A DNA stretch of 46,962 nt from a virus (taxonomy: Duplodnaviria; Caudoviricetes). The translations under genes and the position numbers were made by a program. The stretch is from IMG/VR virus record IMGVR_UViG_3300005326_000717, positions 1-46,962 of that record. One strand, given 5' to 3'. The notes under the pieces are model-generated. The model did no database searches. It saw only the letters and a list, made by a program, of their open reading frames with translations, and was not told the DNA's origin. Positions 9,895 through 19,180 of the stretch are shown piece after piece; position 1 is the stretch's first letter; each line of letters starts with the position of its first letter.

Positions 9895-10085
9895 GCCCCC
9901 CCCACGACCGGCCACCAAAGGGAGGTCTCCAGATCCAGTGCCCGTATTGCAGCATGATCCTCAACTCCCGGGGCGCTCCGACCCATATACGGAACCTGCA
10001 CCCGGAGCAGTATCCGGAGTTCATGTCAGGCCGCAAGCGGTACCGGGGCAATGTGGTGGGGAGCAAGCGGGAGGCGATGGTGTGA
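9891..10085 (+). CDS. C2H2 zinc-finger protein
   Basis: CPYC-X12-HIRNLH. Confidence 0.65.
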   Translation: MSPPHDRPPKGGLQIQCPYCSMILNSRGAPTHIRNLHPEQYPEFMSGRKRYRGNVVGSKREAMV

Positions 10086-10255
10086 TGGAAGAGCCAACCA
10101 ATTTTGAGAAACACATAATCTCTACAATCATCGCAATGATCGGGGCGATTATGATTAGTATCACCCTGAAGCCCGACTCATTATCATTGCTTGTCGGGCT
10201 GATCGGTATCGTGATGCTTGGTTTTGGGGGGGTCCTCGAAGGTGGGGTAAAATGA
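10085..10255 (+). CDS. Small two-TM membrane protein
   Basis: MEEPTNFEK followed by two hydrophobic helices. Confidence 0.55.
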   Translation: MEEPTNFEKHIISTIIAMIGAIMISITLKPDSLSLLVGLIGIVMLGFGGVLEGGVK

Positions 10256-11166
10256 CCGCCCCACTCGCTACCCTCTTTGAGAACAAAGAGATCCGGGCCA
10301 TCGAGCAGGACGGCGACATCATCTTCCCGCTCGCGGATCTCGCCTCGGCATGGGGAGTGCACCGGAACACCCTCCCGGACATCATCGACCGCCACCCTGA
10401 CCGGTTCGAAGGATTCCACACGACAGCAGCACATGAGACATGTGCGGGCTTACGTGCAGTCAATGAGGCCGGCCTGTACCTCCTGATAGGAGCGATCAGC
10501 ACGGACCGGCTCAAGAACCCGGCAGCAGCTGAGGCAATTCTCCGGTTCCAGCGATGGGTCCCGCAGCTGATCAAGAAATACCGGAAAGGTGAGATCAGCC
10601 AGCAGGCTCCCGCGGAAGATCCCCTCATCGTGTCCCTGAAACGCAATGCAGACATCGCGGACATCCTGATAGAACGATATGGATTCAAACCGGACGACGC
10701 TCACGATCGCGCCATGCGGGCCGTGGTAAAGGATGTTGGGGAGCCGGCTCTGGTTTACCGCGGTCTCCCTGAACTCGCGGTGGAGGCCCCCCTGGCGCTC
10801 CCGTCATCTACGGCCCCCCCCTCCCAGCTCTGCATTCAATGCTCTTTCATGGAGGCCGATCCGGACTTCGATAAATATTACTCGTTAAGGGATGTTGCCA
10901 AGTTCACACGACAGACAGAGACTCGTGCCCAGGAAATCCTCACAAAAGAGGGGTTGATGACCTGGGCAAACGGGCACTATCGCCCTACCACGCTCGCACT
11001 GAAAGACAAATTGTTTGCCAAGATCTTCATCACCAAACCGCAATGGCCGCACCGTCCCCTCTTTGAACAGACAAATACCCGGTGGTCTCCCGCAGCAATC
11101 GAACGCATAAAGGTGCATCTGAACATCGGGCAGACGAGCCTGACAGCACAAGCGCAGCCCGGGTGA
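10252..11166 (+). CDS. Bro-N antirepressor-like protein
   Basis: FENKEIRAIEQDGDIIFPLADLA, VNEAGLYLLI, FQRWV; C-terminus resembles KilAC/ANT. Confidence 0.85.
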   Translation: MTAPLATLFENKEIRAIEQDGDIIFPLADLASAWGVHRNTLPDIIDRHPDRFEGFHTTAAHETCAGLRAVNEAGLYLLIGAISTDRLKNPAAAEAILRFQRWVPQLIKKYRKGEISQQAPAEDPLIVSLKRNADIADILIERYGFKPDDAHDRAMRAVVKDVGEPALVYRGLPELAVEAPLALPSSTAPPSQLCIQCSFMEADPDFDKYYSLRDVAKFTRQTETRAQEILTKEGLMTWANGHYRPTTLALKDKLFAKIFITKPQWPHRPLFEQTNTRWSPAAIERIKVHLNIGQTSLTAQAQPG

Positions 11167-11171
11167 TCACC

Positions 11172-11369
11172 ATGGGAAAATTCAAGCGAATGATCCAGCG
11201 ATGCGGACCGGCCCGGGAACGAGCCCAGGACCTGCGAGCGGAATGTCAGGTCCATGGTGTCCGTGATATCTACGATCTGCCCGTGCCTGTGCTCTGGCAT
11301 CACCGGGCCCGGCATCTGCGCGAAGCCGTGATCTCCAGTACATCAAGGGTGGGCCTTGCTCGGAGCTGA
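11172..11369 (+). CDS. Hypothetical protein
   Basis: Fills gap between coupled genes; GGTGA RBS. Confidence 0.4.
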   Translation: MGKFKRMIQRCGPARERAQDLRAECQVHGVRDIYDLPVPVLWHHRARHLREAVISSTSRVGLARS

Positions 11370-12900
11370 CGAAATTATGGCACTCCTTCTCAAAAAAGGC
11401 CCTATGTCCCGGGCCGACATAGCCGCTGCCACCGGGTATTCACCGCGTCACCTCCAGCGGATCCTGCCCGGCATTCTCGGCATCCAAACTGTAAAACAAG
11501 GCAGGAAGATTATGTACTCAGTGTTGGTGGTGGCGGCTGCAGCGGCGGCGTCCTCCTCATCTACTACTACTATTACTCAACTGCCCGAACAGGGACTTCC
11601 AACGCTCGGACCCCGCGAAGTAGGACATGAACCTGGACAAATGTCCATCATGGACATTTCCGGGGATGTCCAACATGGACAAGTAGGACATTTCAAAGGA
11701 AAGATAAAAGCAGATGAGCCTCCGAATCGGGAACGAGTAGCCAAAAGGCATAGGGAAGGCCCCTCCGGTGTCGCCGATTGTTCCGCCTGTTCGCCCGGTG
11801 ACGATCACAAATGCCGGGCCTGCCCCCTCTCTTATGCAGAGCTTGAACGGGACACGGTCCAGTTCGTCATTGTGGATCAGGAGTTCCGGGACCGGTTGGT
11901 TGAGATCGCAACCGTGAAGCAATGGAGAAGGAAGACCGACCGGGGCCTCACCTGGATTTACCAGAAACACCTGACGCTGCAGGTGGGCGGGGATGTCGTT
12001 GTCTTCTATAGCGACGAACCGGAGGACCTCGGCCACATCGTAGAATGGGCACGGACTGCGTTCTCAGGGATCTATCAGGACATCAACAGCCTGCTCGCCC
12101 GGATCAAGCGGCCCCACGAGTTGACACGTGACGAACTCACGGTCATCGTCACCGACCCGGGCACCATAGAGGAGATGATGTTCCACCTTCGGATGAAGAT
12201 GGAAAAGACCGGTACCTACTACCTGCCGAGCCCGAACCCGGTAACCCCGGGGTTCAAGGCGTATAAGTTCCAGGGCACGCTCCGCTGTGAGTTTGACTGC
12301 AGGGACGACAAACGCCGGGTATCGGCCCTTACGATGAGGAGGAGACTGCTGGAAATTTTACCGGACATCAAGGGAGCCCCCGGTCTTTTCTCTGAGTACC
12401 TGACGGACTATTACAACCCGAACGCCCACCCAACGGTGATTGATACCGGTGTTGACAACATCCTTGAATGGGCGACGTCATTCGCAGAGCGAATCATCGA
12501 CCGGTGCATGGAGAAAAAAACCACCCCGCCCCCCTCGCCTGAAGAACAGAAACTCCGTGAACTCCGGGATGCCATCGAGGCCCTTGAAACCGGCGAACTC
12601 GGCGACATCATCCGGACCTTCCGGGACCTGCTGAACGTTGAGGAAGGCCCGACGAGAGTCTATCTGGCAGCCTGGGCGATCTGGAAAGGCCGGCACTGTA
12701 AAGGCCGGGTGAACAAAGCCGAGATCGCGAGCTTGCTGGTACGGCAGAATGACCCGCTTACCATTCCTGAGATAGCGGACGCTCTACCGGTCCTGCGGAC
12801 CGCAGGCCTGCTGCAAGAGGACCCGAGCATCGAGATATGTTTCTCGGCAGCGGGTAGGGAAATCGCCGAGATCCTGATGGCGAAGCGGGAGGGACTATGA
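11356..12900 (+). CDS. Winged-HTH protein, putative replication initiator
   Basis: N-terminal wHTH (GPMSRADIAAATGYSPRHLQRIL), low-complexity linker with DNA repeats, Cys cluster, C-terminal wHTH-like segment; start uncertain. Confidence 0.55.
   Translation: MLGADEIMALLLKKGPMSRADIAAATGYSPRHLQRILPGILGIQTVKQGRKIMYSVLVVAAAAAASSSSTTTITQLPEQGLPTLGPREVGHEPGQMSIMDISGDVQHGQVGHFKGKIKADEPPNRERVAKRHREGPSGVADCSACSPGDDHKCRACPLSYAELERDTVQFVIVDQEFRDRLVEIATVKQWRRKTDRGLTWIYQKHLTLQVGGDVVVFYSDEPEDLGHIVEWARTAFSGIYQDINSLLARIKRPHELTRDELTVIVTDPGTIEEMMFHLRMKMEKTGTYYLPSPNPVTPGFKAYKFQGTLRCEFDCRDDKRRVSALTMRRRLLEILPDIKGAPGLFSEYLTDYYNPNAHPTVIDTGVDNILEWATSFAERIIDRCMEKKTTPPPSPEEQKLRELRDAIEALETGELGDIIRTFRDLLNVEEGPTRVYLAAWAIWKGRHCKGRVNKAEIASLLVRQNDPLTIPEIADALPVLRTAGLLQEDPSIEICFSAAGREIAEILMAKREGL
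11618..11694. repeat. Iteron-like GGACA/TGTCC repeat cluster, candidate origin
   Basis: AAGTAGGACAT at 11618 and 11681; palindromes TGGACAAATGTCCA (11634-11647) and TGGACAT-N8-ATGTCCA (11651-11672). Confidence 0.6.
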
Positions 12901-12986
12901 CTCGCTGCGAAAAGGATCACCTGATCATCGGCACAGCCCTCCTCTTCTGCTGCGTGCTCGCATGGCTGGCGGGGGCATTATCATGA
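12897..12986 (+). CDS. 29-aa single-TM peptide
   Basis: MTRCEKDHLIIGTALLFCCVLAWLAGALS; ATGA overlap at both ends; not in ORF track. Confidence 0.5.
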   Translation: MTRCEKDHLIIGTALLFCCVLAWLAGALS

Positions 12987-13402
12987 TCCGGAACTTCAGC
13001 AACAAATTTCACGCCAAAAAGACCGTGCTCGAAGTTGACGGGAAAAACCACACCTTCGACAGCCAAGCCGAGGCCCGGTACTATTTGCAGCTCAAGCAGC
13101 TCCAGCGTGCCGGTGAAGTGCTCACTATTGAGTTGCAGCCCCGGTACGAACTCCAGCCCGCATACTGGAAATGCTGTGGGGCGATCCTCCTGAACACGCG
13201 AAAGGTATGCATCTGCCCTCGTTGTGGGAAGAAGGTGCCCAAAACCCCGGCTATCCCCCTCACGGCAGACTTCCGCGTCACCTACAAAGACGGGCATGTT
13301 GAAATCGTCGATGTGAAGGGAGTTGAAACGCGGGAGTTCAAGCGGGCCAAAAAAATTTTTGAATACCGGTATCCGGAGTTGTCCCTCAAGGTGGTGCCAT
13401 GA
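12983..13402 (+). CDS. DUF1064-family PD-(D/E)xK nuclease (possible resolvase)
   Basis: NKFHAKKT..DG..FDSQAEARYY, LQPRYEL, ADF..DVKG; Zn-ribbon insert. Confidence 0.85.
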   Translation: MIRNFSNKFHAKKTVLEVDGKNHTFDSQAEARYYLQLKQLQRAGEVLTIELQPRYELQPAYWKCCGAILLNTRKVCICPRCGKKVPKTPAIPLTADFRVTYKDGHVEIVDVKGVETREFKRAKKIFEYRYPELSLKVVP

Positions 13403-13584
13403 TCCGGACCTTCGCCGATTGCCAAGATCGAAGGGACGACTCGTACATGGAGGGACCGGGGGAATTCTACTGTATGATCTGGGGCGATCACTCGAAGAAC
13501 AAAGGGGGTCGGAATGTCGGTGCAACATTCAGTTGTAATTTTAATTGTGAGAATGGGAGATGCCCGAGGGGGTTTCAGCGATGA
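13399..13584 (+). CDS. Small Cys-rich protein
   Basis: Coupled ORF. Confidence 0.45.
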   Translation: MIRTFADCQDRRDDSYMEGPGEFYCMIWGDHSKNKGGRNVGATFSCNFNCENGRCPRGFQR

Positions 13585-14090
13585 TCACCCCCCTCTCGTG
13601 CACCTGCCCCGAGGCAACGCACACCGCCAACCACCGGGCCAACCTCTCGGACATCTGGCAGACCCCCGAATGGATCGGGGAATCCACCGCGTACAAAGAC
13701 CGGCACTTCCCGGTCTGTTCACGGTGCGGCATTGTCGGCCCCATCGTGCCCGGCCACAAGGAAGAGGACTACAAGGACATGGCGACCTACATCCAGAAGG
13801 TCCGTGAGGATCGGGTCGTGCCGCTCTGCCACCGGTGCAACAAGGAAGAATCGAAAGGCCGGCACCCGTGCCCGTCCTGCATCGAAAAGCACCGGGAAGA
13901 CCCCGACCACTGGATCCGGTACATCGGGCGGGATGCGGAAGTGTGCCCGGAGTGCCGATCACCGGAAGAGAAAGCAGCCAGTGAAGTGAAGGCGATCGGG
14001 TTCCACCGGTTCGTGCGAGGAGTACGGGACCGGGACAATGCCCGGAGAAGGGAGATTTACCGGGAAAGGAAGGAGGCATCCCCATCATGA
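13581..14090 (+). CDS. Zn-binding HNH-like protein
   Basis: CSRC...H...LCHRCN plus CPSC and CPEC. Confidence 0.5.
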   Translation: MITPLSCTCPEATHTANHRANLSDIWQTPEWIGESTAYKDRHFPVCSRCGIVGPIVPGHKEEDYKDMATYIQKVREDRVVPLCHRCNKEESKGRHPCPSCIEKHREDPDHWIRYIGRDAEVCPECRSPEEKAASEVKAIGFHRFVRGVRDRDNARRREIYRERKEASPS

Positions 14091-15562
14091 GCGATCCCGT
14101 AGTTGTCGATATGTTCTGCGGTGCCGGTGGTGAGAGCCAGGGGATTGACGGCTCGGCAAAGAAAGCCGGCGTCTCCATTGAGATGTTCGCCATCAACCAC
14201 TGGGAGCGGGCGATCGAGACACACCGGGCAAACTTCCCCGCAGCGGCGCACATCTGCCGGGACGTCCGTGACATCGACCCCTCCTCGCTGATGGAAGGCC
14301 GGAAGGTTGCGCTCCTGTGGGCCTCCCCGGCCTGCACGCACTTCTCCGTTGCCCGCGGGGGGAAACCCTGCGATGACCAGAGCCGGTGCACCCCGTTCAC
14401 GGTCCTGGACTGGCTCGACAAGATCACCGTGGACCGGGTCATCATCGAGAACGTGCCGGAGTTCCAATCGTGGGGCCCGTTGGATGAGGAGACGCACCGG
14501 CCCATACCGGAAGCGAAGGGAGAGACTTTCGCCGCGTTCATCGGCATGATCCGGGGCCTCGGGTATTCTGTGGACTGGAACGTCCTCAATGCTGCGGATT
14601 TCGGAGCCCCGACAACCCGGCGCCGGCTGTTCATTCAGGCAGTGAGGAACGGATCCGGGAAATCGATCATATGGCCCGAGCCGTCGCACGCGCAAGCCGG
14701 GCCGAACCAAACACTCACCGGGGATTTGCCCTCATGGGTACCAGCCCGGGACATCATCGACTGGACCCTCCCGACGCAGATCATTGACGAGAGATCAAAA
14801 CCGCTTGTGGCGAACACCATGAAGCGGATCTGTCGGGGGATTGAGAAATATTGGGGAGAGTACGCAGCCCCCTTCCTGGTGCGCTACAATGGGGGAGATG
14901 GTCGGGTCCATTCGCTCAACGAGCCGATCCCGGTCCTCGACACATCGAACCGGTACGGGCTTGTGCAACCTCTCGTGATGCATATCGGGCAGACATCCAG
15001 TAAAGGCCGGGTGCGGAGCGTCCACGAGCCTCTCGCAACAGTCGTCACGAAAGAAGAAGCGTGCCTGATCGAGCCGCTCTTTATCCCGCAGCACTCATGC
15101 GGAGAAGTGCGCCCGACATCTGGCCCGCTGTCAACCGTTGCGACGAAAGGCGCGATCGGTCTCGTTGAACCTCTCTTCATACCGTACCGGTCGACCGGAG
15201 CCGTCCGGCCCGCATCTGGCTATCCGATCCCAACGCTCGTCACTTATGGATGGGTGGGCCTTGTCGAACCGTTACTGATGAATTATTACGGGAACGGGAC
15301 GTGCGAACCAATCTCAAAACCAGTACCGGCAGTCACCACGAGAGACCGGTTTGCACTGATCACTCCTGAAAACTGCCGTATCGGATTCCGGATGCTGAAG
15401 CCCCACGAACTCGCAGCGGCACAATCGTTCCCGCGTGACTATCGCTTCACGGGCAACCGTGGCGAGATCGTCAAGCAAATCGGCAACGCCGTTTGCCCGG
15501 CAATGGCGGAGGCCCTGACCACCGGCTATATGCAGGAACTGGCTGCGGGGTGTGGAGCATGA
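14087..15562 (+). CDS. C5-cytosine DNA methyltransferase
   Basis: DMFCGAGG, catalytic SPAC, ENV, TTRRRLF, QIGNAV. Confidence 0.93.
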   Translation: MSDPVVVDMFCGAGGESQGIDGSAKKAGVSIEMFAINHWERAIETHRANFPAAAHICRDVRDIDPSSLMEGRKVALLWASPACTHFSVARGGKPCDDQSRCTPFTVLDWLDKITVDRVIIENVPEFQSWGPLDEETHRPIPEAKGETFAAFIGMIRGLGYSVDWNVLNAADFGAPTTRRRLFIQAVRNGSGKSIIWPEPSHAQAGPNQTLTGDLPSWVPARDIIDWTLPTQIIDERSKPLVANTMKRICRGIEKYWGEYAAPFLVRYNGGDGRVHSLNEPIPVLDTSNRYGLVQPLVMHIGQTSSKGRVRSVHEPLATVVTKEEACLIEPLFIPQHSCGEVRPTSGPLSTVATKGAIGLVEPLFIPYRSTGAVRPASGYPIPTLVTYGWVGLVEPLLMNYYGNGTCEPISKPVPAVTTRDRFALITPENCRIGFRMLKPHELAAAQSFPRDYRFTGNRGEIVKQIGNAVCPAMAEALTTGYMQELAAGCGA

Positions 15563-16965
15563 CCGAGCACCGCATCATACAAGGCGACGTGCTGGACGGA
15601 TTGAGGACCCTGCCGGATTGCTGCGTGCAGGAGGTTATCACCAGCCCCCCATATTATGGACTCCGTGATTATGGGGTGGACGGGCAGATCGGTCTCGAAT
15701 CAAGCCTGCAGGAATATATCGGCAAACTCGTGGAGGTGAGCCGGGAGCTTCGCCGCGTTCTCCGTGACGATGGCGCATATCTCCTGAATCTCGGGGATTG
15801 TTATGCAGGCAGCGGAAAGGGTCCGAGTAAATCGCTCAACGCCAAAAACCCGCACTCGCACATCGCAGCGGAACGGAGGAAGGGCCTCGATAAATCCGAC
15901 AGTAATCGGAGAAGTCAGAAATATAATTTACTCGGAGGGGATGTTCCCGGGGGTCTCAAAGCAAAGGACCTCATGGGGGTGCCGTGGCGAGTTGCCTTCG
16001 CGCTCCAGGATGATGGCTGGTACCTCCGCTCCGACATCATCTGGGCGAAACCGAATTGTATGCCGTCAAGCGTCAAGGACCGCCCGACCACAAGCCACGA
16101 GTATATTTTCCTGCTGACGAAAAAGCCCCGGTATTTCTGGGATGGCGAAGCGATCCGGGAACCGGTGAGCGAGAGTTACGCCAAGGACAAACGCCCTGTC
16201 GGTATTCTCAGGCAGCGGGTGAACAAAAACACGAAGTACCCGAGAACGGGACAATTCAAGCAGCAAAAGCTGAGCGGTCGTGCAGCTCGCCCTCCAGGAA
16301 CCCGGGAGAACAATCTCCATAAAGGTCCGGTTGTTCGAGCGATTTTCAGAGGGGGAGGAAAGTATACCGAAGGACAGAGTTTTGACAACTCAACCCCGGT
16401 AGATAATCAAGTCCCGGGAAATGTCCCAAATCTCTGCCTCTCCCGCAATGCCCGGTCCGTGTGGGTTATCTCACCACAGCCCCGTCCGGAGGCACATTTC
16501 GCAACATTCCCGGATGAGCTGGCACGAAGGTGCATAAAGGCCGGCACGAGTGAAAAGGGATGCTGCCCGTCATGTGGTGCCCCGTATCGCCGGATCGTTG
16601 TTGCCACCGGAGGCACGATCGGTAAGAGCTGGACCCCACATGATGACGATCTCGGAGTGGGCGCCAAGTGTGGTGCGCCTTCCGCGGGTTATCATCGGGA
16701 GTTCCTCGGGTGGGAGCCGACCTGCAAGTGTGAAGCCGGTGATCCGGTGCCCTGCACGGTTCTGGATCCCTTCATGGGTTCGGGAACTGTTGCCTGCATG
16801 GCCCGGGATCTCGGGCGAAATAGCATCGGGACCGAGATCAATGCCGAGTACATCGCTATAGCAAGGCATCGCCTTCGGGCAGATGAGCAGATCCCCGCGG
16901 GGAACCGTCATGTCGAGTATCGTTTTGAGAAAGTAGCAGTAGCCGTCGTAGAAGGAGGAAATTGA
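15559..16965 (+). CDS. N4-cytosine/N6-adenine DNA methyltransferase (beta class)
   Basis: ITSPPY, IIWAKPN, HFATFP, LDPFMGSGT; start MTEHRIIQGD. Confidence 0.92.
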   Translation: MTEHRIIQGDVLDGLRTLPDCCVQEVITSPPYYGLRDYGVDGQIGLESSLQEYIGKLVEVSRELRRVLRDDGAYLLNLGDCYAGSGKGPSKSLNAKNPHSHIAAERRKGLDKSDSNRRSQKYNLLGGDVPGGLKAKDLMGVPWRVAFALQDDGWYLRSDIIWAKPNCMPSSVKDRPTTSHEYIFLLTKKPRYFWDGEAIREPVSESYAKDKRPVGILRQRVNKNTKYPRTGQFKQQKLSGRAARPPGTRENNLHKGPVVRAIFRGGGKYTEGQSFDNSTPVDNQVPGNVPNLCLSRNARSVWVISPQPRPEAHFATFPDELARRCIKAGTSEKGCCPSCGAPYRRIVVATGGTIGKSWTPHDDDLGVGAKCGAPSAGYHREFLGWEPTCKCEAGDPVPCTVLDPFMGSGTVACMARDLGRNSIGTEINAEYIAIARHRLRADEQIPAGNRHVEYRFEKVAVAVVEGGN

Positions 16966-17477
16966 AGATGTCACTAGAAACGAAAGGAACCATCAAGTAT
17001 GACCCGGACGTGAAACCAAGCGATCCGCACTATATGATCGAGGCAAAGCAGCTGGGGATATGTATCACAGGGGGGGGCGATATAGAGCAGATGGTGGACG
17101 AGCTCACCGAACGAATCCGCCGGGAAATCTCGCAGGAGTTCGGGATTCCCCGCTGCGATGTCGTGATGGTGAAGTACTCCATGACCTGCACGTTCGATGT
17201 ATCGGCCCCGGTCAACACCACGCTGGAAGAATTCGGCATGGAGCCGGTCCTCAGCGAGGATCAGGCAGCACTCGAAAAGAAGATCCGGGACTATGCCGAA
17301 CGCACCGGGCAGGACCCGCTCGAAGTTCTGGAGAAGTTGAAAGCCGAGAAGGACAAGCAGCAACAATCCATCCTGGACAAAACCGCCGATATGGTGAATG
17401 CCGGGATACTGGACACCCCGGGCTGTACAGCCAGGGCCACAACTCACAAGGCGAAGGGCAAGGGGGCGCCTGAGTGA
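16962..17477 (+). CDS. Hypothetical protein with HicB-like N-terminus
   Basis: YMIEAKQLGICITGGGDIEQMVDEL resembles the HicB partial RNase H fold. Confidence 0.4.
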   Translation: MKMSLETKGTIKYDPDVKPSDPHYMIEAKQLGICITGGGDIEQMVDELTERIRREISQEFGIPRCDVVMVKYSMTCTFDVSAPVNTTLEEFGMEPVLSEDQAALEKKIRDYAERTGQDPLEVLEKLKAEKDKQQQSILDKTADMVNAGILDTPGCTARATTHKAKGKGAPE

Positions 17478-18220
17478 ACAAGACCGGGACGCGAGAATGG
17501 ATGCCGAACAGCCGGAACCGCTGCGATGGCTGCGAGGGTGATTGCCGGTACTGCTATGCGAAATTTAAAGCAGTCCGGTATAAACGCCGGACCGAAGAGA
17601 ACTGGCACGAGATGAGGCCGTTAAAAGTTCGGCAATCCACCAAAAAAGCCGAGGGCGGGATCATGTTCCCGACAACGCACGACCTTCACTATAAACACCG
17701 TCATTGCTGGTTCCCGTTCCTGAAAGAAATGCTGGAGAATGGCAACGATGTTCTGATCGTCACCAAGCCGGAGTATGCAGCGGTCTCGTATATCTGCGAA
17801 AATCTGGAGCAGTACAAGAATCAGATGGAGTTCCGGTTCACCATCGGCACGAACGACGATAAGGTGGCGGCGTATTGGGAACCCGGCGCACCCTCTCCAA
17901 GCGACCGGCTCATGGCAATCGCGCATGTGTGCACGTTGGGATTCCGGACCTCTATCTCAATGGAACCGTTACTGATCGAGCAGCCGAAAGAGATGATCGA
18001 CAATCTCTTCATGGGGTGGATTACCGGGGACATCTGGATTGGTGCCATGAATCATTACGACCTTAACCCGGCAATTCCCGAAGAAGCCCGGCAGATCAAG
18101 ATCCAGGGCCGGGAGAACATGCGGCGCGTCTATGAATCCCTGAAAGATAACCCGCAAATCCGCTGGAAAGATTCGGTGCAGAAACTCCTCGGGATATCCT
18201 CAATGGGGGTGCCATTGTGA
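17474..18220 (+). CDS. Radical-SAM protein (SplB/COG1533-like or DUF5131-like)
   Basis: CxxxCxxC (CEGDCRYC) plus YA; IVTK, EPGAPSP..RL, SMEPLL. Confidence 0.8.
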   Translation: MNKTGTREWMPNSRNRCDGCEGDCRYCYAKFKAVRYKRRTEENWHEMRPLKVRQSTKKAEGGIMFPTTHDLHYKHRHCWFPFLKEMLENGNDVLIVTKPEYAAVSYICENLEQYKNQMEFRFTIGTNDDKVAAYWEPGAPSPSDRLMAIAHVCTLGFRTSISMEPLLIEQPKEMIDNLFMGWITGDIWIGAMNHYDLNPAIPEEARQIKIQGRENMRRVYESLKDNPQIRWKDSVQKLLGISSMGVPL

Positions 18221-18711
18221 CCCACAAGATCGTCACCATAGACGTCAGGGGGAAAAAACATTTCCCGTATCTGGAAGAGCATGTCAACTTCCAGAACTCT
18301 ATGGGGCAAATCCAGACACTCCTTCAGAAGTATAATTGCGACCAGATCGCAACCGCACAAAAACAAGTTACGGATACCAAACATGGTGCCTTCAACGTAT
18401 ACTCGTTGGCGTTCCTCGTCCGTGGGGAGAGATTCCTCATTGAATTCCCCGTAATTTTTGTCAGGAATTCCGCCGGCACCAAACTCCGCATGGACATATC
18501 CGGGAGGGTCATCTTCTATAAACTGAAAGCCCTTCTGATCGATGTCGAGTTCGGATATCTTGATTTTGTCGAGGCAATGCTCCCCTTCAGAATCGTCACT
18601 CTTCCGAACGGCCAGCAGATCCCCCTTGCCGATTATGTAATGCAACACGGTCCGGAACTTTCCGCAGGGACGGCGGATCTTCTTGCCCTACCCGGAGGCG
18701 ATCGCAGATGA
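18217..18711 (+). CDS. Hypothetical protein
   Basis: Coupled ORF. Confidence 0.6.
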   Translation: MTHKIVTIDVRGKKHFPYLEEHVNFQNSMGQIQTLLQKYNCDQIATAQKQVTDTKHGAFNVYSLAFLVRGERFLIEFPVIFVRNSAGTKLRMDISGRVIFYKLKALLIDVEFGYLDFVEAMLPFRIVTLPNGQQIPLADYVMQHGPELSAGTADLLALPGGDRR

Positions 18712-18926
18712 CCGCCCACACCGAACCCATCCTCTGCATCGTCTGCTCCGCCCCGCTCCCCCACAACATCACGCGGGCCGAAGCCCTCGCCAAAGGTGCT
18801 GCAACCGTGATCGGGAAACGGACATACTACCACTGTGCAGGAGGCCGGCACAGTCCCGAGGAGATCCAGATGAGTATCGCAGCGGTGCCGAAGTTCAGCA
18901 CGGCGGGAAAGGCAGGTGCACCATGA
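18708..18926 (+). CDS. Small Zn-binding protein
   Basis: CIVC...HC...H. Confidence 0.5.
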   Translation: MTAHTEPILCIVCSAPLPHNITRAEALAKGAATVIGKRTYYHCAGGRHSPEEIQMSIAAVPKFSTAGKAGAP

Positions 18927-19180
18927 GGTTGTTCGAATTCACCGCAGAATTTACGCTATGGATTGGCCGAAGAGATACCGTCATGCCAACGGGAGAATTC
19001 CGTGGTGCCGGCACCACGGACAGAGATGATGAAGATCCCGCCAACGCAATCGCTCAGGCCATGTTTAGAGAGTTTTACCCGAAGAAAGACGGAAATGTCG
19101 CAGTCGTAATTTGGGTTCACATACTCGGGGGATTCGCTCCAAGCCCCTTACCGTGGGAAAGAGTCTGGAGATTACCATGA
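18923..19180 (+). CDS. Hypothetical protein
   Basis: MRLFEF start, ATGA coupling. Confidence 0.45.
   Translation: MRLFEFTAEFTLWIGRRDTVMPTGEFRGAGTTDRDDEDPANAIAQAMFREFYPKKDGNVAVVIWVHILGGFAPSPLPWERVWRLP

Noticed and set aside
13585-14634. Long minus-strand ORFs (also 5794-6684 and 26318-27160)
   Set aside because: Antisense shadows of well-supported GC-rich plus-strand genes
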